Shown here one piece after another: positions 56,887 to 64,000 of a stretch of 64,000 nucleotides of DNA. Location of the stretch: the NCBI GenBank assembly GCA_027494035.1, contig JAOSJQ010000001.1, positions 69,693 through 133,692 on the forward strand. Reading direction: 5' to 3'. The position numbers were made by a program, and so were the translations under genes. Source of the DNA: Anaerolineales bacterium. GTDB taxonomy: Bacteria > Chloroflexota > Anaerolineae > Anaerolineales > UBA4823. The notes under the pieces are model-generated. The model saw only the letters and a program-made list of their open reading frames with translations, had not been told where the DNA came from and searched no databases. Every line of letters begins with the position of its first letter. Position 1 is the first letter of the stretch.

Positions 56887-58416
56887 TCAGCCGGTCTCGG
56901 CATCGTACATTTGTTGCCGGCTGAGGCTGGTCCGGTCATAAACGTAATTGATTTCCGCGATGCGCCGCGCGAGATCATCGGAAAGATCGTGCTCTTGCAG
57001 CCGCCACGCCCAGTTACCGCTTGGGTTTCCAGGATAATTCATGCGGGCAGAATTTCCCAAACCCAGGAAGTCCTGCATCGGCGCGAGCGCAAATCTGGCG
57101 ACCGAAGCCCAGCAGGCGCGAATTAAATCCCACGCTACCTGGCTGCCATCCCGATTTAGGTAGCGCCGGTAAAAATTCTTCTCCTCTTCCGGAACGCGTT
57201 CATACCAGCCGCGGGCAGTATCGTTGTCGTGGGTGCCGGTGTAAACCACACAATGTGCGGGATAATTATGCGGCAGAAATTGATCTTTGGGATCTGAAGC
57301 AAACGCAAACTGGAGGATTTTCATCCCAGGCAAACCAAAGGTTTCCCGCAGCGTGATTACATCGGGGGTAATCACACCCAAATCCTCGGCGATGAGCGGC
57401 AAATCACTCAGGGCAGTTTTAAGGGTACGGAAAAAATCCATCCCAGGCGCTTTAACCCAGCGTCCTTTTTCGGCAGTTTTTGCCCGTCCGGGCACTTCCC
57501 AATATCCAACGAACCCTCTGAAATGATCCAATCGGATCAAGTCCACCAGGTTCAGCGTCGAACGCACGCGCTCGATCCACCACTGGTAGCCGCTGGACTT
57601 GTGAGCGCGCCAGCGGTATAAGGGATTCCCCCACAATTGACCGGTTGACGAGAAATAATCCGGCGGGACCCCAGCCTGGAATTTGGGTCGTTTCAAATGA
57701 TCCAGGTAAAAAAGTTCTTGATGCGACCAGACATCCGCGCTATCATGCGCCACGAAAATTGGCAGGTCCCCAATTAGAGCGATCTTGTGCAAATGGGCGT
57801 ATTCGCGCAGTTTGATCCACTGATCGAAGAACAGAAACTGCCAGAAACTGTGCCGCTCGATTGCGGCGGATAGCTCTCGGATGGCGCGCTGGAGTTCAAT
57901 CGGGTCGCGGTCGCGCAGCGCTGCCTCCCAGTGGTTCCAGGCTGCCCCGTGATGAGCTTCTTTCAGCGCCATGAACAAGCTGAAGTCGTCCAACCAGCCC
58001 GCCTGATCCCGGCAGAATTCAGCGAACCGGGTTTTAAGAACCTCGGACCTCGCCGCGCGGAAGCGATCATAGGCGCGCCCCAATATTTGCAGCTTCCATG
58101 CGATGACTAAGCCGTAATCCACCTTATCCGCTGGAAAGTGGGGGGTGTCAGCCAGATCCGCAGCAGTCAGCAGTTCCTGTTCCAAAAGCCTTTCGGGGCT
58201 GACCAAATAGAAGTTACCCGCAAAAGCCGAAAAACATTGGTACGGCGAATCGCCATAACCGGTGGGTCCCAACGGCAAAACTTGCCAGAGACCGCAGTTG
58301 GAGTTTGCCAGAAAATCGATCCAACGGTACGCCTGCGGTCCAATATCGCCGATCCCGTATGAGCCTGGAAGGCTGGTCGGATGAAGCAAAACCCCGGCGC
58401 TGCGCTTATACTTCAT
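56887..58416 (-). CDS. malQ: 4-alpha-glucanotransferase (amylomaltase, GH77)
   Basis: SAGVLLHPTSLPGSYGIGDIG N-terminus, IGDLPIFV and YTGTHDNDT. The ATG at 58416 overlaps the glgC 3-prime end by 11 nt. Confidence 0.9.
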   Translation of the reverse strand: MKYKRSAGVLLHPTSLPGSYGIGDIGPQAYRWIDFLANSNCGLWQVLPLGPTGYGDSPYQCFSAFAGNFYLVSPERLLEQELLTAADLADTPHFPADKVDYGLVIAWKLQILGRAYDRFRAARSEVLKTRFAEFCRDQAGWLDDFSLFMALKEAHHGAAWNHWEAALRDRDPIELQRAIRELSAAIERHSFWQFLFFDQWIKLREYAHLHKIALIGDLPIFVAHDSADVWSHQELFYLDHLKRPKFQAGVPPDYFSSTGQLWGNPLYRWRAHKSSGYQWWIERVRSTLNLVDLIRLDHFRGFVGYWEVPGRAKTAEKGRWVKAPGMDFFRTLKTALSDLPLIAEDLGVITPDVITLRETFGLPGMKILQFAFASDPKDQFLPHNYPAHCVVYTGTHDNDTARGWYERVPEEEKNFYRRYLNRDGSQVAWDLIRACWASVARFALAPMQDFLGLGNSARMNYPGNPSGNWAWRLQEHDLSDDLARRIAEINYVYDRTSLSRQQMYDAETG

Positions 58417-59671
58417 GCGCCAGTCTCTTGGTTTGGATAAAGTCACTGCTTCGTACAAGTTTTAGATCTGGATAATCCGTTTCGATCACATCGGGGCCAA
58501 TCACGGCTCCGGGTTCGACCACCATATCTGGCGCGATAATGGCATGTTTGCCAATGATCGGGATCCGCAGCGGTTGCTGCGATTCTATGCCCCCCACGTG
58601 CGCCCCATGGCGGATTCGAGCCTTTTTATCGATAATCGTTCGTTCAACCAGCGCATTTTCCTCGATGACCGCATCGGTCAGTACCACCGATTCCCGCACC
58701 ACCGCTCCAGCCGCCACCTGCACACCCGGCGAGAGGATGCTTCGCTCGATGCGCGCGCCGCTGGCGATCTGACACCCATCCGTGATCAGACTATCAACTA
58801 TCGTTGCGCCCGATTCGATCCAAACTGGCGGGCGTTCCTCGGTGCGGGTGTGAATCACCCAGGAGCGGTCGTTCAGATCGATCGGGGGCGGAGTGACCAG
58901 TAAGTCCATGTGCGCTTGCCAGTACGAATCCACCGTTCCAACATCGACCCAATAGCCGCTGAACGGATAAGCATAGACCTTTTTGCCTTCATTCACCAGC
59001 CTAGGCAGGATGTCCTTTCCAAAATCATGACTGGACTCGGTCAATAAATGATCGTCCCAGAGGACCCGGTCCAGAATCGATGTATTGAAAAGATAAACCC
59101 CCATATTCGCCTGGTTCGATGGCGGCTGCGCTGGCTTCTCGACAAACGAAGTGACCCGATTATTCTCATCAAATCCCAGGATGCCAAATCGCGAGGCTTC
59201 TTCAGGCTTCACTGTGATCGTGGCGATAGTCAAATCAGCCTGACGCTCTTCATGAAAATCGATCATTTTCCGGTAATTCATTTTGTAGATATGGTCGCCA
59301 GAAAGGATCAGCACGTGATCGGGGTAATTGCGTTTGATGAACAAGAAATTCTGCTGCACAGCATCGGCGGTCCCGAGGTACCAGTTCGAGCTGCCGCGCG
59401 CCTGATAGGGCATGTGAACGCTTACGCCGCCGGTAAAGTTGCGGTCGAGGTCCCAGGGAACTCCAGCGCCAATATGTTCGATCAAAGAATGGGGACGATA
59501 TTGCGCCAGGATCAACACGTCGAATAAGTCTGAGTTCACACAGTTCGAAAGCGTGAAATCGAGGATGCGGTATTTTCCAGCAAAAGGCACAGCCGGTTTG
59601 GTGCGTTTGGCGGTCAGCACCCCCAGGCGCGAGCCTTCGCCGCCGGCAAGTATCACAGTACGCGTTTTCAT
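58406..59671 (-). CDS. glgC: glucose-1-phosphate adenylyltransferase
   Basis: [34 protein letters not shown]-terminus and a left-handed beta-helix C-terminus. Confidence 0.93.
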   Translation of the reverse strand: MKTRTVILAGGEGSRLGVLTAKRTKPAVPFAGKYRILDFTLSNCVNSDLFDVLILAQYRPHSLIEHIGAGVPWDLDRNFTGGVSVHMPYQARGSSNWYLGTADAVQQNFLFIKRNYPDHVLILSGDHIYKMNYRKMIDFHEERQADLTIATITVKPEEASRFGILGFDENNRVTSFVEKPAQPPSNQANMGVYLFNTSILDRVLWDDHLLTESSHDFGKDILPRLVNEGKKVYAYPFSGYWVDVGTVDSYWQAHMDLLVTPPPIDLNDRSWVIHTRTEERPPVWIESGATIVDSLITDGCQIASGARIERSILSPGVQVAAGAVVRESVVLTDAVIEENALVERTIIDKKARIRHGAHVGGIESQQPLRIPIIGKHAIIAPDMVVEPGAVIGPDVIETDYPDLKLVRSSDFIQTKRLAHEV

Positions 59672-59726
59672 AACAACCTCCTTCTACGAACAAACAAACC
59701 GTTAACGAGTGATCGTTTTCATGCGT

Positions 59727-61004
59727 TTAATTCAACTTTGGTACGTCAGATATCCGCGCCTCTTTGAAAGGCTCAGGGGACTCAGTATCTGCCGATGCGC
59801 CCTTTTCCAGAGCGACCTTCATTAAGTGCAGGTGTTCCTGGTAATGAAGCGGCGGGTTCTGCAACAGCTCCAACGCCAACCGCAAGTAGCTCCGGCGCCG
59901 TTTGAGCAGTTCCGGCGGCAGCTCGGCGACTATGGCAACTGTCTCTGCCTGGCTGCGTTTCAATTCAGCGCGCAAGCTCGGCAGGTCAGGAAACGCGGCA
60001 ATCACCGCGCGGATGCGAGCCGGTTGATTGGAATGGAGTGTAAAATCGGCTTCCTGGCTTTCGAACAGGCGCGTCACCCAGCTTTGAATCTCACGCTCAG
60101 TGGCAATTAAATGTCCCAGCGTCTCACGGATGCTCCAGTTGGCGGGTGAACTGCGCGCATTCATTTGATCGGACCTGACACCGCGCAGCACGTCATCCAA
60201 TTGAGCCTCTAACCCATCGTATACCTCGCGCACAGCCTTTGACAATTCTTCCAAACTGCCCGGAATGTTTGGCAACGGCCGCGGCGAAAGCTCACACCTG
60301 GACTGCAATTTCTCTCCGTTCCGGTAATAGATTATTTTAACCTTGTTCCCGGCGCGAAACTGGTTCAAAATCAAGTTCAGCTCGTGCACCGTAGCGACTT
60401 TCTGACCGCTCAACTTCACAATATAATCCCCAGTCTGCAAACCAGCCTTATCGGCGCACATGCCATCCATCGTCCCTAATATCAGCAAGCCTGCCTTGGG
60501 CGGGAAGCCCATTGCGGAGGCTTCGTCTACATTTAGAGCCTGCAAGGAAGTAAAGCCAAGCATCGGTCTGTGGAAATAACGAAGATCCTCGCCCGTCTCC
60601 AGGACGGATTTCAGGTTTTCCAGCCCAAGCGTCCAGCCCCTTTTTATCGCCCGGTGAGTCTGCTTCCAGTTATCACCTGGACCGATCTCAAAATGGGTCA
60701 AGCTCACCGAGGTCTGCTTACCCAAGGGTTTGAAAACCACCTTAACTTTGGTTTCGCCGGGCTCACCGCGGCCATGCCAGCTAAACACAATCCGGTCGCC
60801 GGGGATCAGGTCAACGAACTCACCGCTGGCGTAGTAGCTGTTCTCCCACCACAAATAATAGCGCCCGCCTTTGCGAACGTCCGCCTGAGCGGCGCGGCAG
60901 AGCCATTCGCTAAACCCCGCCGCATGGCTAAACGCGCTGAAAACCTCATTCAACGGCGCCTGGATGGTCTGCTTGAATTTCAACTGGTTCGTCTTTCCCG
61001 CCAT
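59727..61004 (-). CDS. SRPBCC (AHSA1/START-like) - PDZ - DinB-like three-domain fusion protein
   Basis: N-terminal AHSA1-like region (FKQTIQAPLNEVFSAF...GDRIVFSW), central PDZ (GLQTGDYIVKLSGQKV), and a C-terminal four-helix DinB-like region (WSIRETLGHLIATE...HYQEHLHLM). Confidence 0.75.
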   Translation of the reverse strand: MAGKTNQLKFKQTIQAPLNEVFSAFSHAAGFSEWLCRAAQADVRKGGRYYLWWENSYYASGEFVDLIPGDRIVFSWHGRGEPGETKVKVVFKPLGKQTSVSLTHFEIGPGDNWKQTHRAIKRGWTLGLENLKSVLETGEDLRYFHRPMLGFTSLQALNVDEASAMGFPPKAGLLILGTMDGMCADKAGLQTGDYIVKLSGQKVATVHELNLILNQFRAGNKVKIIYYRNGEKLQSRCELSPRPLPNIPGSLEELSKAVREVYDGLEAQLDDVLRGVRSDQMNARSSPANWSIRETLGHLIATEREIQSWVTRLFESQEADFTLHSNQPARIRAVIAAFPDLPSLRAELKRSQAETVAIVAELPPELLKRRRSYLRLALELLQNPPLHYQEHLHLMKVALEKGASADTESPEPFKEARISDVPKLN

Positions 61005-61038
61005 TCGAATACTCCTAAAAAATCAACCGTAAATAAGT

Positions 61039-62517
61039 TTACGCGCCTTCAGGATTCTTGGAGAATTCGCGCATCACATCCGCATATAGCTTTTTATATT
61101 GATCCGCAGAGCGATCCCATGAAAAATCCTGCGCCATGCCGCGTAATTGCAGTTCCCTCCAGGATTGCTTGTCCCGATGCGTTTTGAGCGCTCGAATCAT
61201 ACCTCCGAGCAGCGATTGCGGCGTAGCTTCCTCGAAGAGAAATCCCGTGCTTTCCCTGGTTTGATCATAATCAAAGATCGTGTCCCTAAGCCCGCCGGTG
61301 CTGCGCCCAAGCGGCACGCACCCATAACGCATTGCAATCATCTGGGTCAGACCACAGGGCCCATAGCGCGAAGGAATGATGATCACATCCGCGCCGCCAT
61401 AGATCATCCGGCTCAAGCGGACATCAAAGCGTGTCACCACCCGGACCCGGGTGGGAAATTCAGATTCCAATTGCCGCGCCCGCGCCTCAATTTCAGCGTC
61501 TCCGGCGCCCAAGATGACCATCTGCCAGTCAAAAGCGGGCTTTTGCTTAAGGAGCGATAAGCCGGTCAGCGCTTCGGGGAGCAGATCCATCCCCTTTTGA
61601 TAATCCATACGATTGACCATGCCCATTATCGCCGCGTCCGCATGGATCGGCAAGCCAACCTCGGCTTGTAAATGTTCTCGATTTGCTTTACGATCGGCTA
61701 ATGTTTCGGATGAATAGTTTTTCTCCAGGCAAGAGTCGTTCAGTGGATCCCAGCGCTCTAGGTCTAAGCCGTTCAGAATTCCCGAAATTGAGTCTGCCCG
61801 GGCTCTCAAGAACTCATCCAGTCCTGAACCGTACTCGGGGGTCAAAATCTCGCGCGCATAGCTGGGGGAAACCGCGACAATTCGATCAGCCGCCAGAATG
61901 CCCAACGGCAGCGGCAAGGTTTGCGTCCATTTCGGGAGCAGGGCATGCCTGCCCGGACTTAACCCAAAAGCCTTAAGCAGGGCGCTCGACCCATTCCCCA
62001 AATAAGGGAGATTATGTATTCCGAGAACCGACGCGGTACTGGCGAAGAACGGGTCTGTCGCCCGGAGTTGTTTCAGCGCATACACCGCCAACGCGGTGTG
62101 CCAGTCGTTTGCGTGCAAAATATCCGGCTGCCAATCCAGTTCGCGCGCCAGGCGCAGAGCCGCCAGCGAAAAGAAGGCATATTTCAAGCTATCCGCAAGC
62201 GGGTCGCTGCTGTAGACCGGGGCTGTGGGAGAGATCGGCGTTCCATCGATAAAATAAACGGTCAGCCCCGCCCATTCGAGGGAAAAAACCTTGACAATGA
62301 TTTCCTTTTTCTTATACGGAAGGGAAAATTCACAAACGAAATGGAGCGGCAGCCCTTGCTTCTTGATGACTCCATGCAAAGGCAGGACGAGGCGCACGTC
62401 AATCGACACCCGTCGCAACGCCGGTGGAAGCGAGCCGGCAACATCGCCCAGCCCGCCAATCTTCACAAACGGCTCTGCTTCCGCAGCCAGGAACAGCGCT
62501 TTCAATGATCTACTCAT
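61039..62517 (-). CDS. glgA: glycogen synthase (ADP-glucose type, GT5)
   Basis: EAEPFVKIGGLGDVAGSLP N-terminus, and a C-terminal IIPSRYGPCGLTQM...TGGLRDT. Confidence 0.93.
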   Translation of the reverse strand: MSRSLKALFLAAEAEPFVKIGGLGDVAGSLPPALRRVSIDVRLVLPLHGVIKKQGLPLHFVCEFSLPYKKKEIIVKVFSLEWAGLTVYFIDGTPISPTAPVYSSDPLADSLKYAFFSLAALRLARELDWQPDILHANDWHTALAVYALKQLRATDPFFASTASVLGIHNLPYLGNGSSALLKAFGLSPGRHALLPKWTQTLPLPLGILAADRIVAVSPSYAREILTPEYGSGLDEFLRARADSISGILNGLDLERWDPLNDSCLEKNYSSETLADRKANREHLQAEVGLPIHADAAIMGMVNRMDYQKGMDLLPEALTGLSLLKQKPAFDWQMVILGAGDAEIEARARQLESEFPTRVRVVTRFDVRLSRMIYGGADVIIIPSRYGPCGLTQMIAMRYGCVPLGRSTGGLRDTIFDYDQTRESTGFLFEEATPQSLLGGMIRALKTHRDKQSWRELQLRGMAQDFSWDRSADQYKKLYADVMREFSKNPEGA

Positions 62518-62641
62518 GAATAATTATATTCTAATCGAACTCTCAAGATTGATAGTACGAATGTACCGTATCCAGTTGTCTGCTGGCGTGTTTCAGGATA
62601 CAATACTCCTCGAAACTACTTAACAGAATGCACCAAGCAGA

Positions 62642-64000
62642 TTGAACGCGTTTGCAATTCATGCTCACTTCTACCAGCCTCCACGTGAAGATCCTTTAAC
62701 CGGCATCATTCCAATCGAGCCCAGTGCGGCGCCGTATTCAAATTGGAATGAAAGGATCCACTCGGAGTGCTATCGCCCAAATGCCGAACTGCGAAATTTC
62801 GAGCAGATCAGTTTCAATATCGGGCCCACCCTGTTCAATTGGATGGAAAAATTTGATCCGTTGACCTGCCAAAAGATTGTAGAGCAAAACCAGGTCAGTC
62901 TGCGCCGTTACCAGGTCGGCAACGCGATTGCGCAGGCGTACAATCATACCATCCTGCCGCTGGGATCGTACCAAGACAAAGTTACCCAAATTTCATGGGG
63001 GATTGCCGATTTCGTACACCGCTTCCAACATGCTCCGCTCGGCATGTGGCTGCCAGAAACCGCGGTGGATCTGGAGACGCTCGAGATCCTCGCCAAGCAT
63101 GGGATAAAGTTCACCCTCCTGGCGCCCTGGCAGGCTGAGGCGCCCGACGTGGATACCACCCAACCGTATCGGGTGCAGCTTTCCAACGGCAGAGAAATCT
63201 CGGTGTTCTTTTTCCAGCGCGATCTCAGCGCCAGGGTTAGCTTTGACCCAATTTCGACTATCAATGCAGATGTATTTGTCAGGGAACTGGTGCAGGAGTA
63301 TCTACATCCTGAAAAGACCCGCCGTTCTGAACCGCAACTCATCCTTATTGCCTCTGACGGCGAGTTGTACGGGCACCATCAATGCCTTCGGGAACATTTT
63401 CTGGCGCGGCTGGTGGACGGCGCCAGCGCAGGATTAAATCTTGAACCCACGTTTCCCGCTCTCTGGCTGCGCCAGCACCCCGCCGAAGAAGTGGTCAAGA
63501 TCCGCGAATACACCTCCTGGAGCTGTCACCACGGCATCACGCGCTGGATGGGACGCTGCGCCTGCACACCCGGCGATGGCGAATGGAAAATCCAGCTTCG
63601 CTACGCCTTTGAACGTCTGGCAAACGACCTCGACCGCCTGTACCTGGAGGTCACGCGACCGTTGTTCAAGGACCCGTGGCTGCTGCGCAACCGCTACATC
63701 CACGTCATGCTGGGGCAGATGAAGATCGAGGCGCTCGTCAGCGAACTCGCCTCCAGGGCGCTGACGAGCGAGGAATTACGCCGCACCCACCTGATGCTCG
63801 AAGCGCAGCGTGAACGCCAGCGCATGTTTACCTCATGCGGCTGGTTTTTTGATGATTTCGACCGCATCGAGCCGCGCAACAACGTCGCGTATGCCGCCCA
63901 GGCGGTGCGCCTGGCAAAACTCGCCACTGGAATTAACCTCGAGGAACGCACGGCTGCCGATTTACGGCGTGTGGTCAGCCAGTACACTCAATTGAACGCG
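62642..64000 (+). CDS. GH57 family glycoside hydrolase with DUF3536-like C-terminal region (3-prime end outside window)
   Basis: My own translation in frame 2 is open from 62624 to the window end. This is presumably why it is absent from the ORF track. It reads FAIHAHFYQPPREDP...NIGPTLFNWME...AYNHTILPL...WLPETAV...ASDGELYGHH. The TTG start at 62642 is tentative. Confidence 0.8.
   Translation, partial: MNAFAIHAHFYQPPREDPLTGIIPIEPSAAPYSNWNERIHSECYRPNAELRNFEQISFNIGPTLFNWMEKFDPLTCQKIVEQNQVSLRRYQVGNAIAQAYNHTILPLGSYQDKVTQISWGIADFVHRFQHAPLGMWLPETAVDLETLEILAKHGIKFTLLAPWQAEAPDVDTTQPYRVQLSNGREISVFFFQRDLSARVSFDPISTINADVFVRELVQEYLHPEKTRRSEPQLILIASDGELYGHHQCLREHFLARLVDGASAGLNLEPTFPALWLRQHPAEEVVKIREYTSWSCHHGITRWMGRCACTPGDGEWKIQLRYAFERLANDLDRLYLEVTRPLFKDPWLLRNRYIHVMLGQMKIEALVSELASRALTSEELRRTHLMLEAQRERQRMFTSCGWFFDDFDRIEPRNNVAYAAQAVRLAKLATGINLEERTAADLRRVVSQYTQLNA

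Overview
The window is high-GC (visually about 55-60%), gene-dense bacterial chromosome. The protein sequences look Chloroflexota/Anaerolineae-like, but that placement is an unverified inference. I saw no rRNA, tRNA, CRISPR array, transposase or prophage block.

Most of the window is housekeeping:
- DNA repair and replication: recG, mutS, uvrC, ruvX, lon.
- Translation and cofactors: alaS, coaD, folC, moaA, gpmA.
- Cell envelope: mltG, wecB.
- Transport: two ABC systems.
- Redox: msrP.
- Carbon metabolism: an acyl-CoA synthetase, and a glycogen cluster (glgA, a fusion gene, glgC, malQ, with a divergent GH57 gene).

The most unusual content is a block of about 10 kb between alaS and ruvX-mltG. 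It holds three tandem, translationally coupled paralogues of a roughly 680-aa polytopic membrane protein with a GT-C-like YWDDW loop motif. These are followed by a GtrB/ArnC-like GT2 polyprenyl-phosphate glycosyltransferase, a WecD-like N-acetyltransferase and two uncharacterised membrane proteins. I read this as a candidate uncharacterised envelope or protein glycosylation module.

Other points worth a second look:
- a Xer-like recombinase homologue that lacks the catalytic Tyr;
- an orphan DUF692-like gene;
- a low-GC islet carrying a TPR-PH membrane protein;
- msrP without msrQ;
- an SRPBCC-PDZ-DinB fusion embedded in the glycogen operon;
- a GNAT-like gene paired with an OSBS/NSAR enolase-superfamily gene.

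A technical caveat affects many calls. At least 11 otherwise intact genes are broken by single-base indels, eight at a clear mononucleotide run or doublet. This most likely reflects sequencing or assembly error rather than biology. I annotated these as single genes across the frameshift.
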